From positions 32,001 to 96,000 of IMG/VR virus record IMGVR_UViG_2609460327_000001: 64,000 bases of DNA; one strand, given 5' to 3'. Both the position numbers and the translations under genes were made by a program. The stretch comes from a virus (lineage: Duplodnaviria > Caudoviricetes). A model generated the notes under the pieces. The model saw nothing but the letters and a program-made list of their open reading frames with translations, had not been told where the DNA came from and searched no databases. Below are positions 19,675 to 28,254 of the stretch, in pieces (the first letter of the stretch is position 1; every line of letters starts with the position of its first letter).

Positions 19675-19884
19675 TTAGGAGTGAGCAGTCTCTAATGACA
19701 GCACCTCCTCTACTTTATTTTCGAGAGCCTGGCGATCACGGGAATAGAAAGTATACTTCCCTTTCACGAAAGGCTTAGGGCCTTCCTCGATAATGATATC
19801 TCCTTTACTCCGAGTAGCGACAACCAAAGCAAAGTTATTCTGAATAGGCTTCATAAAATATCTGATGATCTGTTTATTATCCAT
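19675..19884 (-). CDS. Hypothetical protein
   Basis: Start MDNKQ after AAGGAG. Confidence 0.55.
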   Translation of the reverse strand: MDNKQIIRYFMKPIQNNFALVVATRSKGDIIIEEGPKPFVKGKYTFYSRDRQALENKVEEVLSLETAHS

Positions 19885-19980
19885 GATATGACACTCCTTT
19901 AAATATAGTATGGTACTGCTATACTCCCGAGTTGGGAGCCCGCGCTTGGCCAAAAGCCTATTTATAGTCGCCAAGCCGAC

Positions 19981-20232
19981 TTAGAAAAAGAGGGATGCTG
20001 ATTGTCTGATGCATTCTTGTTTGAGATGCTGATTTTTGACAAATAAGTCAACGAGCATTAATTTGAGTGCGCTTTCAGGAATATCTTTGATCTGTTCGGA
20101 CACCCAATGAGTAAGCAAATTACTTTCAGTTTCGATATCAAATGAAGCATTCTCGATATAAGCGGACATATTATCAAGGTATTGTTTGGCTTGATCATCG
20201 GTCATTTTCTCTTGTGCGACAGCAGTTAACAT
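19981..20232 (-). CDS. Hypothetical protein
   Basis: 83 aa with a GGAG RBS. Confidence 0.6.
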   Translation of the reverse strand: MLTAVAQEKMTDDQAKQYLDNMSAYIENASFDIETESNLLTHWVSEQIKDIPESALKLMLVDLFVKNQHLKQECIRQSASLFF

Positions 20233-20233
20233 T

Positions 20234-20506
20234 TTATTCGCTCCAATCTATTTGAGTTTGATATGCTTCTAAAGCTTGTTGTCGATACCAGTCGGCTGCT
20301 TTAAAGCTGATCGGCATCGGACGATAAATCTTGATGTTTAGTTCAGCACACTTTTGTTCGATCTCACCTAGGATTTGACGGCATTCGTCATCCTTATCTT
20401 GAAGATAGAATGTATCAGCTCTGATTAAATCAATACTGAGCTGGGCGGGGAGAGGGGTGCGCTGTAAACAATAGATGTGATCATCTAAGCTAGTGTAATT
20501 AAACAT
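20234..20506 (-). CDS. Hypothetical protein
   Basis: Start MFNYT after AAGGAG. Confidence 0.6.
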   Translation of the reverse strand: MFNYTSLDDHIYCLQRTPLPAQLSIDLIRADTFYLQDKDDECRQILGEIEQKCAELNIKIYRPMPISFKAADWYRQQALEAYQTQIDWSE

Positions 20507-20517
20507 AATTAGTCTCC

Positions 20518-20664
20518 TTAGAAAGGGACGCATTCTAAACAGAAATGGTCATCTATGCATCCACATGGTTTGTATGTATGAATGTCTTGCTCATAGCCAG
20601 TCGGATCGAAATCCCAGTGCATCTGCTGGAACTCCGGATCGTCGAAAATAAATACATTTTTCAT
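20518..20664 (-). CDS. Small Cys/His/Asp-rich protein (48 aa, not in the ORF track)
   Basis: MKNVFIFDDPEF...PCGCIDDHFCLECVPF* after AGGAGG. Confidence 0.55.
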   Translation of the reverse strand: MKNVFIFDDPEFQQMHWDFDPTGYEQDIHTYKPCGCIDDHFCLECVPF

Positions 20665-20715
20665 AAGTCTTCCTCCTAATAAAAAAGCCCGCTCCATTAA
20701 GGAACAGGCTTAGGT

Positions 20716-20952
20716 TTAATTTGTGGTTGATTCTAACTCGTTATAGTATTCATCAAACTCGTATTCAAACTTTCGATCTATTACTGTGCCTTCTTCATTA
20801 AAAACAACTAGCATAGGAACTCCGAGAAGATACTCGCGAATTTCAAAATCGAGTCCTCGCTGATAAAGCTCGCCACCTATCATACCAAGTATTAAATCGT
20901 AGGCGTTATTTATTCTTTCAATTTCCTTCTGAATCTTAGGATCTTTTGGCAT
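20716..20952 (-). CDS. Hypothetical protein
   Basis: 78 aa with an AAGGAGG RBS, followed by a terminator at ~20682-20712. Confidence 0.6.
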   Translation of the reverse strand: MPKDPKIQKEIERINNAYDLILGMIGGELYQRGLDFEIREYLLGVPMLVVFNEEGTVIDRKFEYEFDEYYNELESTTN

Positions 20953-21082
20953 CTACATATAATTCCTCCTTCTAGTAGTTTGCTAGAATTATACAATTGT
21001 GTTAAGCATATTAATAGTACTAATCAATAGTACGAAAACACGTCCTGATAAATGAAAGAGCCAAGCTTAATTACCTAATCGC

Positions 21083-21206
21083 ATCGTATAAGTATTTAAT
21101 ATATCATATGAAATAGGAATTATATAATATATCATACGATATAACTGTTATCGCATATGATATAAGACTTAAATCATATGAAATATCTTATAAATCATAT
21201 GAAATA
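21083..21206. repeat. Iteron/centromere-like array of ATCATATGA(A/T)ATA units with a 21-bp period
   Basis: Units at 21103, 21131, 21152, 21173 and 21194, plus a degenerate unit at 21083, in an AT-rich intergenic region. Confidence 0.75.
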
Positions 21207-21425
21207 CTATTGAGCGGATTCAGATAGCTCCATTAGATAAGCCGAATAAATAAAGAACATCATAAGTATAATTGCTCCTATAACCTCAAACTTGCGCTTT
21301 AGCGGGATTTTAGGATTTCTGAGAGCGGGAATAGCGATGATAAAGCATAGGAAAAGAAACAGCTCGAATATGATAACAGCAATTGTATTATACGTCTGGT
21401 TTATATCTATGATTATAACCTCCAA
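21207..21425 (-). CDS. Small membrane protein (2 TM)
   Basis: Two hydrophobic stretches separated by a basic loop. Confidence 0.55.
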   Translation of the reverse strand: MEVIIIDINQTYNTIAVIIFELFLFLCFIIAIPALRNPKIPLKRKFEVIGAIILMMFFIYSAYLMELSESAQ

Positions 21426-21502
21426 TCATATTCTGTTTCGCTGCTAGTACAGCTCATCAGTACGGTTTGATTACCGCAGACAGAATAGGGGAGAGGCCCC
21501 CC

Positions 21503-21757
21503 TTATTTTTGCATTGGTATACGAACGATCATACCTGGCTTAAGATCACCTGGATTATGTAAGTTGCTTTTATCAATCATATAGGCGACGATGGCACGTT
21601 TATCTGTATCAATGTCACTTTGCTCAGCAATACTCCAAAGTGTATCGCCAGAATCAACAACATAGTCAACATATGCAGGATCAGGCTGCCATGCAATAAT
21701 GCCAATAGTAGTACAGAGAGTGATAAAGAATGCGATAGCAAGTGATTTAGTTTTCAT
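21503..21757 (-). CDS. Membrane-anchored LysM protein (YneA-like architecture)
   Basis: N-terminal TM helix, then YVVDSGDTLWSIA...N.L...LKPGMIVRIP. Confidence 0.85.
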   Translation of the reverse strand: MKTKSLAIAFFITLCTTIGIIAWQPDPAYVDYVVDSGDTLWSIAEQSDIDTDKRAIVAYMIDKSNLHNPGDLKPGMIVRIPMQK

Positions 21758-21843
21758 AGGTAAAACCTCCAGTTTATGATTGAATAAGAAAAAGGACTGC
21801 TATATAGACAGTCCTCATAAAGCCCTTGCTATCGTTAGATAGC

Positions 21844-22077
21844 CTAGAAATGATATTGCTCACAAGAGATAATTTCATCCTCATGAAGAAGAAGATCAAT
21901 GAGAAGAGTAGTCCCAGAAGCTAAATCGAAAGAGATAGCATAATCAAAGTGAAAGTTTTCACCTTCTCGTTTAGAAAAAGACGCCTGAATGTTTCTTTCT
22001 TTGGTGTCCTTGATGTTGTATAGTCGTCCTGGAATCATGAGAACTTTGTTTACTGGGTGTAGAATAGGTGGTTGCAT
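21844..22077 (-). CDS. Hypothetical protein
   Basis: 77 aa with an AAGGAG RBS. Confidence 0.55.
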   Translation of the reverse strand: MQPPILHPVNKVLMIPGRLYNIKDTKERNIQASFSKREGENFHFDYAISFDLASGTTLLIDLLLHEDEIISCEQYHF

Positions 22078-22139
22078 GTAGAAAATCTCCTTTGAATTAG
22101 AAATAAAAAAGACTGCCTAAGTGGCAGCCGAAGGTAAAA

Positions 22140-22523
22140 CTATTCATCCATCTCGCCAATATCGACAGTTACTGTTGATATCTCATATCGATATATTGGA
22201 ACGCTTAATAATTTATAATTAAATTTGGCAGGCGAGTCTGGAAATGCTCTGAACATATTGCGCTTCTCGAAAATAACAATCTCATCATCACCATTATCTT
22301 TTCTGGTCAAAACAATATAATCCAGGCGATCTATGATGTCATATTCTATGAATGGAATGAGCTTATTTACAACTTCTTCGAAATACTTATGAATTGGATC
22401 AACAGTTATTACAGTAGCTCCATCGTGGGAAGTTAGACCATGATTTAGGTATTCATCAATCAAGTCATGCAGGAAATAATCTAAATCTAAATTGCTTACT
22501 GTCAAAAGAATCCGTCCCCTCAA
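22140..22523 (-). CDS. Hypothetical protein
   Basis: 127-aa ORF followed by a terminator-like hairpin (~22105-22130). Confidence 0.55.
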   Translation of the reverse strand: MRGRILLTVSNLDLDYFLHDLIDEYLNHGLTSHDGATVITVDPIHKYFEEVVNKLIPFIEYDIIDRLDYIVLTRKDNGDDEIVIFEKRNMFRAFPDSPAKFNYKLLSVPIYRYEISTVTVDIGEMDE

Positions 22524-22540
22524 AATAGAATAATTTACCT

Positions 22541-22972
22541 TTAAAACAATAGCATAGAATCATTCTGATTGGCAGTGCTAATCCAACCGCATTGATCCTC
22601 AAAATGAATAAGCTCAGCTTGATCAATTACGGATCCATCAAGAGTATGAAATTCTCGAGAACGGTAAGGATTATATCTTACTTGAACATTAAGATCTGCA
22701 GACTTGTCTGAATCAATAGCAACAAGAGTTCCGGAGAAGACAGCACAAACAGCTCGTTGTTTCTTCTCTTGAATAGAATCATATTTGCTCTGAATAATAC
22801 GAGAACGAGCCGACCTAATGGTGACTCGCTCTGCATAAGCCAATACTTTATTATATGTAGGACTCTTAGGCTGACGATCAAGAATACTGAATACACCTTT
22901 CTTATTCAGATTCACATAAACGTCAACACGCTGTCCTATAATTGGATTCCCATTTCGTATTTCCAATATCAT
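22541..22972 (-). CDS. Phage hypothetical protein
   Basis: 143 aa with an AAGGAG RBS. Confidence 0.65.
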   Translation of the reverse strand: MILEIRNGNPIIGQRVDVYVNLNKKGVFSILDRQPKSPTYNKVLAYAERVTIRSARSRIIQSKYDSIQEKKQRAVCAVFSGTLVAIDSDKSADLNVQVRYNPYRSREFHTLDGSVIDQAELIHFEDQCGWISTANQNDSMLLF

Positions 22973-22983
22973 ATGCTCCTTTA

Positions 22984-23238
22984 CTATACGGCAGCGCTGA
23001 TAAGCGCAGAGTCCACACGAATGATTGATTCATAAGAAAACTGGCAATTCACATCGAAAGTAATCTCACCTTCAGCAGTACGCTTTTCAGCATTATTCAT
23101 GCGGACAACATAAGGGAGGTTAGGGTCGATAAAACATTCACCAGTATATTGAGTTCCATTGATAACAGTAACCGTGTTGATCTTGCCAGGGGAGAGAAGA
23201 CTATCATAGCGGCGATCATAACCAAACATTAAATCCAT
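22984..23238 (-). CDS. Hypothetical protein with MDLMxxY N-terminus
   Basis: Starts MDLMFGY. Confidence 0.6.
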   Translation of the reverse strand: MDLMFGYDRRYDSLLSPGKINTVTVINGTQYTGECFIDPNLPYVVRMNNAEKRTAEGEITFDVNCQFSYESIIRVDSALISAAV

Positions 23239-23273
23239 TCGACCACGTCCTTGTATGAAATAAAAAAGCTCAC

Positions 23274-23456
23274 CTATTGGCGAGCTTTAATCGTTGCTTG
23301 TATTCGTTTATTAATTTCTTTTCTATTTCTGATAAAGGCACTGACATTAGAAGTGTCAACTCCAGGCAATGTTTGTTCAACATAATGACCGTTAGTGTGT
23401 CGATCAGCGGCTTTTTCTAATTCTTTGAAGCGTCGATCAAGTATTTCTTTGTCCAT
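23274..23456 (-). CDS. Small basic protein, partner of the GNAT gene
   Basis: Start MDKEI after GAGGTG. Confidence 0.55.
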   Translation of the reverse strand: MDKEILDRRFKELEKAADRHTNGHYVEQTLPGVDTSNVSAFIRNRKEINKRIQATIKARQ

Positions 23457-23470
23457 GTTAATCACCTCTC

Positions 23471-23941
23471 TTATAAGTATACATTAACCAAATGCTGAGC
23501 GGTAGTCTCAGATACAATCATATCTTGGCCACTTATAGGAACCGCACCTAAAGATGAGAAATAATTGACCAGTTTAGTCTTAGCTTTCAGGCCAATAAAA
23601 CCTTCGTGACCTAGTTCCATGCTTCGTTTACAGCAAAATGCAAATAAATGAGCTCCAATATGAGAAAACTGTTTATTAATCGGATCCCTATTACGGGGTG
23701 AGCTTTCGATTAAAAGCATAAAAACATGATCTTCTTTCTTTTCCAGTGCAATGGCGCCTTGTATTGTACCACTAGGATCACCTGTAACAACCATTTTATA
23801 CACTTCTACTTTAGGAGCGTTAAAATAAATATTCCAGTCAAAAGAAGGCTCCCATCCAGTTTTATTCATAAATTTGACATCTGCTTTGGTTAAAGGAAGG
23901 AAGGATACGGGATATTCTTCACCATTTCTATGTAGAATCAT
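23471..23941 (-). CDS. GNAT-family acetyltransferase
   Basis: IQGAIAL...VFMLLIESSPRN...HIGAHLFAFCCKRS...G.EGFI.L.AK..LVNYF..LGA. Confidence 0.7.
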   Translation of the reverse strand: MILHRNGEEYPVSFLPLTKADVKFMNKTGWEPSFDWNIYFNAPKVEVYKMVVTGDPSGTIQGAIALEKKEDHVFMLLIESSPRNRDPINKQFSHIGAHLFAFCCKRSMELGHEGFIGLKAKTKLVNYFSSLGAVPISGQDMIVSETTAQHLVNVYL

Positions 23942-24104
23942 TTTGCTAAAAGAACTCCTTTCATAAGCGGAAAATGCGGTTCTTTGATCATATTAGCATA
24001 ATAAATATGCTTAATGATTTATTTCACTAATTAAATTATTAATGTAATGAAATAAATAATGAACATAATAAAAGCCGCCCAATAACGAGCGGCAATGAAA
24101 CACA

Positions 24105-24509
24105 TTACATAGAAAAAGATAATCTAGGCGGCATCATATAATGGACGCCTACACGTAAAGCCATCTTAGCTTTATCTATATCCTTATAGTATCCAGATAT
24201 GCGATCGTGGTGAAGGCAGACATCAAGTTCAAAATCATAAGAGTCATAGCCAATATAATATCCTGCGGCTGAGTGCATAATCTTTTCAGGGGAGACGAGA
24301 TTACCATAAACATCAAAGTTGTAACGGTATGTATTATCTAAGTATTCAAACAGTAAAGATTTAGCTTTAGTAACTGAATAGTCAGGCTCATAAATAAAGA
24401 TGCCTTCTGATTCAAGTATGTCCATCAAAAGACTGCGGGAGATATTCTGAGCGGCAGGGTAGAGAGGTAAAATAGAATCTAAAAGTTCTACAACTTGCAT
24501 AGTATTCAT
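24105..24509 (-). CDS. Hypothetical protein
   Basis: Start MNTMQ after GGAG. There is an operator copy at 24536-24549 upstream and a terminator at ~24070-24093 downstream. Confidence 0.6.
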   Translation of the reverse strand: MNTMQVVELLDSILPLYPAAQNISRSLLMDILESEGIFIYEPDYSVTKAKSLLFEYLDNTYRYNFDVYGNLVSPEKIMHSAAGYYIGYDSYDFELDVCLHHDRISGYYKDIDKAKMALRVGVHYMMPPRLSFSM

Positions 24510-24602
24510 ATGTATAGTCTCCAATCTAGTTAAAATGTAATGCGTTAAATTATATATCGGATAACATAATAATATCATAAAGACCTCGGAGCCGTTAGGC
24601 TC

Positions 24603-25046
24603 CTACAAGGCACCGACATAGTTGTAGTAATCGCCTTCAGAAGCAAAGGCGCCACCAAATGGACCGTCATTCTCATCATCGCATGGTGTGCCAAACTGAG
24701 AGATATATTCATGACCATCAGCATACCAAGCGCGAAGACCAAGCATGTATAAATCGTTATTAACCACAAAGCCGCCAAACTCATCATCAAGCTCTTGTTT
24801 TAAAGCAGGATTAGCATCTGGATAGTATTTCAAATCAATTTCAGGCTTGCTGATAACCGGTACGATAAGAGCAGGATCATAGCCTTGATCACGCATCTTG
24901 TTGATGATGTCATTACAGCATGCTTCTGCCCACATCTCAATACGAAGATCAGAAGAGCTGAAGCACTCAGGATTGTGTGAAGATGCTTTGTAGCCATAAA
25001 ACATCATAGAAATCACATGTTCAAAGTTTTCGTTATGTATACGCAT
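24603..25046 (-). CDS. Acidic hypothetical protein
   Basis: Start MRIHN after GGAGG. Confidence 0.6.
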   Translation of the reverse strand: MRIHNENFEHVISMMFYGYKASSHNPECFSSSDLRIEMWAEACCNDIINKMRDQGYDPALIVPVISKPEIDLKYYPDANPALKQELDDEFGGFVVNNDLYMLGLRAWYADGHEYISQFGTPCDDENDGPFGGAFASEGDYYNYVGAL

Positions 25047-25186
25047 TATAAATAGCCTCCATATGTATAAATTCAAAAAGCCCCCGAAGCCGTTAGGCTT
25101 CCGAGAGCGATAGTTAATTGATTGCTATAAAGAATGCGAAAGCTCAATATCATTTGGCGCCGTTCCGAAGGATCGGCAAAAGAAAA

Positions 25187-25402
25187 TTAAAGATCAAATA
25201 GGCGATTATCACTATATAAGATACCTAGCTCTTTATCGCTATGGTATAGCTTCTTACCATACTCATAGCCAAGCTTATACTGAGGATCCTCAGTATATAC
25301 GCTAGGGTAGAGGGAGACATAGCCATAGCAATAATGATAAGCATCAACTACACCATTATAATACTCCTTAGTATTCTCCTTATAAGCAGACATCAGCTCC
25401 AT
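25187..25402 (-). CDS. Tyr-rich small protein, MELMxxY family
   Basis: MELMSAY; overlaps the upstream stop codon. Confidence 0.65.
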   Translation of the reverse strand: MELMSAYKENTKEYYNGVVDAYHYCYGYVSLYPSVYTEDPQYKLGYEYGKKLYHSDKELGILYSDNRLFDL

Positions 25403-25710
25403 CATGGCCCACTCCAAAATGGTGGATACATAATACCTACTATGTCAAACTCTCGAATATAGTGTTGATTAGAAGTACTCTCATCGTGAATCACAATGTA
25501 TTTAGAAATTAAATCTTCGTTAACCTCCTGAATAACGCCAGTTGCATAGGATCTGGATATCGTCTTATTATCTAAATCTACGTCATGATAATGTATCACA
25601 CGTACAAAATCACCTATATAGAAGTCGGCATCTTGAAATGTAATGCGATTCATTATAGGGGGAGAAAAGGTAAAACCAGTATTCTCTAAATAGACATTCA
25701 TTAATTCCAT
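25402..25710 (-). CDS. Small protein, MELMxxY family
   Basis: MELMNVY, GGAGG RBS, TGATG coupling. Confidence 0.7.
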   Translation of the reverse strand: MELMNVYLENTGFTFSPPIMNRITFQDADFYIGDFVRVIHYHDVDLDNKTISRSYATGVIQEVNEDLISKYIVIHDESTSNQHYIREFDIVGIMYPPFWSGP

Positions 25711-25979
25711 CAGGCGCCTCCATGAAGTTTGACATTATAGATATTTCCTTCGTATAGAGATATATGTCCATGGTTGGATCGAGGACCATCATCCGGATCT
25801 CGATATATAATTCGAAACATCATACGTTCATGCTGTGAATCGTCATCCCTGTGCATATACTGAGCAATATACTTTATTCCAGGCCGGTCATAGTAGTATT
25901 CGAACTCATAGACTAAGCCTGGAACCATATCTTCTGGTTCTATATGTTTGCGTAGGCGATAACTAGTCATTAATTCCAC
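25710..25979 (-). CDS. Small protein, MELMxxY family
   Basis: A GTG start 8 nt after AAGGAG gives MELMTSY. Confidence 0.7.
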   Translation of the reverse strand: MELMTSYRLRKHIEPEDMVPGLVYEFEYYYDRPGIKYIAQYMHRDDDSQHERMMFRIIYRDPDDGPRSNHGHISLYEGNIYNVKLHGGA

Positions 25980-26206
25980 TCCCAACACTCCTTTATGTTA
26001 GATAGTGGTATGGAACAAGAATTAACTTCATGAAGCATGTTATCTCGGCCATCAAAAGAGACAAGTGCAAATGTAAGAGTGATTCCATCTTCGGTGGCAG
26101 CCGCGATCATGCCCAGATAATAATCATTGCTATAGGTAACAAATACATATTCATCACCTATAGCATACTCAAGCATGGTTCTAAGGTAAGGAGCAATCAG
26201 TTCCAT
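25970..26206 (-). CDS. Small protein, MELMxxY family
   Basis: ATG 26206, 10 nt after AAGGAG, gives MELIAPY. Confidence 0.65.
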   Translation of the reverse strand: MELIAPYLRTMLEYAIGDEYVFVTYSNDYYLGMIAAATEDGITLTFALVSFDGRDNMLHEVNSCSIPLSNIKECWEWN

Positions 26207-26426
26207 AGATTTCATACTCCTTTATAGAGTCAACATGTAATGACATTTCTGATGTTGACTTAATATTACGAGGATCATCACATAAAGATATGTCTACCAT
26301 GCCAAGCTTTAAAAAGTTGCGGTCTAGGGAAACTACAGTTCCGAGCAACTGATCACCGTTGTTTAGTAACTTATAGTCACATCCTATATGAAGCAACGAT
26401 TTAATATACGATGAAATGAGCTCCAC
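26181..26426 (-). CDS. Small protein, MELMxxY family
   Basis: GTG 26426 after GGAGAG gives MELISSY. Confidence 0.65.
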   Translation of the reverse strand: MELISSYIKSLLHIGCDYKLLNNGDQLLGTVVSLDRNFLKLGMVDISLCDDPRNIKSTSEMSLHVDSIKEYEIYGTDCSLP

Positions 26427-26428
26427 GA

Positions 26429-26671
26429 TCAATCACTCTCCATATAAATACTTAATTGATCTATCTCGTCTGGTGCAAACATCATCCCTATTCTGCAGTA
26501 CTGATTATTGATAGTATACGTGTGAAAGATCAAAACTTGAGAATCATGTCTATGCTTATGGAAAACAGCAATATGATACTGACCTTCATAATAAAAAGAA
26601 TAGGTATTGCCAGGGATAAGCTGATGCGCAGCAACAATAGTTCGTTCAAAGTAAGGAGACATAAGCTCCAT
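26429..26671 (-). CDS. Small protein, MELMxxY family
   Basis: ATG 26671 after GAGGTG gives MELMSPY. Confidence 0.7.
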   Translation of the reverse strand: MELMSPYFERTIVAAHQLIPGNTYSFYYEGQYHIAVFHKHRHDSQVLIFHTYTINNQYCRIGMMFAPDEIDQLSIYMESD

Positions 26672-26684
26672 TATATACACCTCA

Positions 26685-26945
26685 TTAGCGCTCTTTTACA
26701 CTACCAGGATCCGCTCTGCGCAGGATCTCATCATAGACAGCGTATGCATATTCCCAGTCTTCGAATTTCTTATCATATATAGAGATGGTTTCCCATCCTC
26801 GCCAGCCACCAACATCACTCCAATAGTCTTTTGAAACAATGATTCGAGCCGGTTTAGGGAGAATATCCCCAGTCCTTTGAATCTGAGAGTAATGCTTAAC
26901 GCTATCTTTAGTGAAAAAATGTCTCTTTATAGGCTTAGCACCCAT
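26685..26945 (-). CDS. Hypothetical protein
   Basis: 86 aa with an AGGAGGT RBS. Confidence 0.6.
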   Translation of the reverse strand: MGAKPIKRHFFTKDSVKHYSQIQRTGDILPKPARIIVSKDYWSDVGGWRGWETISIYDKKFEDWEYAYAVYDEILRRADPGSVKER

Positions 26946-26956
26946 AGCAATACCTC

Positions 26957-27154
26957 CTATAGGTGCCTTCTTGTAGCATGACCAGCTTCAATAAGTTTAT
27001 TAAGATAGCGTAGCTGCTGCGCTGCATAGTATGGATCATCACTATCACTAAGCCTATTCTTTATATCTTGCAGGGCAATCAGCGGGAAATCATATTCACC
27101 AATCAGCTTATTTATCTCAGCTGATACATACTCATGAGTAATCTCTTGACTCAT
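26957..27154 (-). CDS. Hypothetical protein
   Basis: Probable start MSQEIT after AAGGAAG. Confidence 0.55.
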   Translation of the reverse strand: MSQEITHEYVSAEINKLIGEYDFPLIALQDIKNRLSDSDDPYYAAQQLRYLNKLIEAGHATRRHL

Positions 27155-27155
27155 A

Positions 27156-27344
27156 TTATCTTCCTTTCTTAATAAGATTATCAAGCTCTCTACTGATATT
27201 ATCGAGAGCTTGGCTTTCTCTGGTCTGAGCATCATGTATGCGCTTAGTTGATCGGCGTATAGATAGAATATTGATTACGGCAATGGCCGCAATGGCAATA
27301 GATATTACAGATATAACAGTCGAGACCCAGAGTATAGGGCTCAT
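27156..27344 (-). CDS. Small single-TM membrane protein
   Basis: MSPILWVSTVISVISIAIAAIAVINIL followed by a coiled tail. Confidence 0.55.
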   Translation of the reverse strand: MSPILWVSTVISVISIAIAAIAVINILSIRRSTKRIHDAQTRESQALDNISRELDNLIKKGR

Positions 27345-27492
27345 AAGCATCAACTCCAATGCATAGGGTTTTAAAAGGTTTTAGCGCCGTTCCGTAAGGA
27401 TCGGCAAAAAGAAAAAATCCAAGCCGCATACCATTAATACTATAGCTCACTATATAAACAGTATACAGCATAAGCATACATAGAAGATAAGA

Positions 27493-27798
27493 CTATAGAT
27501 CAAGTAGAGGAACATTCCTATTAGGAACAGATATCATCTCAGTACCGAAAGAGCCCATACGCAAAGATACAGCACCAACATCTATAAGCTTACGCATACG
27601 ATACTCCAGTTCCTTCTCAGTAAGACCATGCTTCATATCATAATAGTTAGGATACATTTGAACTACAGTATAGAAAGGAACCTCCTCATTACCTGAGATA
27701 TCTAACGTTTTAGTTATAGCATGCAGAGCCTCAAAGTTGCGATAACCTAATTGTTCATTAGTGTAATTCATATCAAATTCATTAACAGCATTGTTCAT
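27493..27798 (-). CDS. Putative winged-helix-like protein
   Basis: LTEKELEYRMRKLIDVGAV. It resembles the neighbouring gene product (KKEFQYRLVVLIDAGFI). AGGAGG RBS. Confidence 0.5.
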   Translation of the reverse strand: MNNAVNEFDMNYTNEQLGYRNFEALHAITKTLDISGNEEVPFYTVVQMYPNYYDMKHGLTEKELEYRMRKLIDVGAVSLRMGSFGTEMISVPNRNVPLLDL

Positions 27799-27915
27799 AT
27801 CATTAATCCTCCTATAGATAATTAGAATATAAGCTGGGCGATCAATAAACCAGTGGTAACACCCAGCGCAAAGTAAACAACAACATCCCATTTAGTACGC
27901 ATATATAAATCCTCC

Positions 27916-28254
27916 TTAAGATACAGCAGATACAGCATCATATCTCTTCATACCAAGCTCAGTAGGAGAGAGTATATCATTCATATCTATAGTCTCTCTA
28001 TATATAAAGCCGGCATCAATCAATACAACCAGTCTATACTGGAACTCCTTCTTGCCCATAGTATACTTCATATTCACACTATGGTAACTAGCATGTAGCA
28101 TGCAGAGATTGCTACCAGAGATAGTTCTTCCAGTATGTAGTCTAAGCATATCCATGAGAAAAGCAAATACATCTAAGTTGCGATTACGTACTTCCTCTTT
28201 AGATAAACTATGATCGAATAAGCTACGTCCTTCAGTTAGCAATTTGTTGCTCAT
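27916..28254 (-). CDS. Putative winged-helix-like protein, paralog-like to 27493-27798
   Basis: RNLDVF/RNFEAL and EFQYRL..LIDAG/ELEYRM..LIDVG similarities. Confidence 0.5.
   Translation of the reverse strand: MSNKLLTEGRSLFDHSLSKEEVRNRNLDVFAFLMDMLRLHTGRTISGSNLCMLHASYHSVNMKYTMGKKEFQYRLVVLIDAGFIYRETIDMNDILSPTELGMKRYDAVSAVS

Noticed and set aside
21083-21206. CRISPR array
   Set aside because: Units are 13 bp with ~8-bp spacers, far too short, and there are no cas genes in the window.
25187-26671. MELM motif as a mere Shine-Dalgarno artefact (ATGGAG...ATG)
   Set aside because: The GGAG-to-ATG spacing would be only 3 nt. Several copies use GAA or have Ile at position 4, each has its own upstream RBS, and Tyr7 is conserved.
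27156-27359. ORF-track protein starting MELMLMSP as a twelfth tag member
   Set aside because: It has no Tyr at position 7, and the GGAG inside the 'ME' codons is a well-spaced RBS for ATG 27344, so the MELM is probably not translated.
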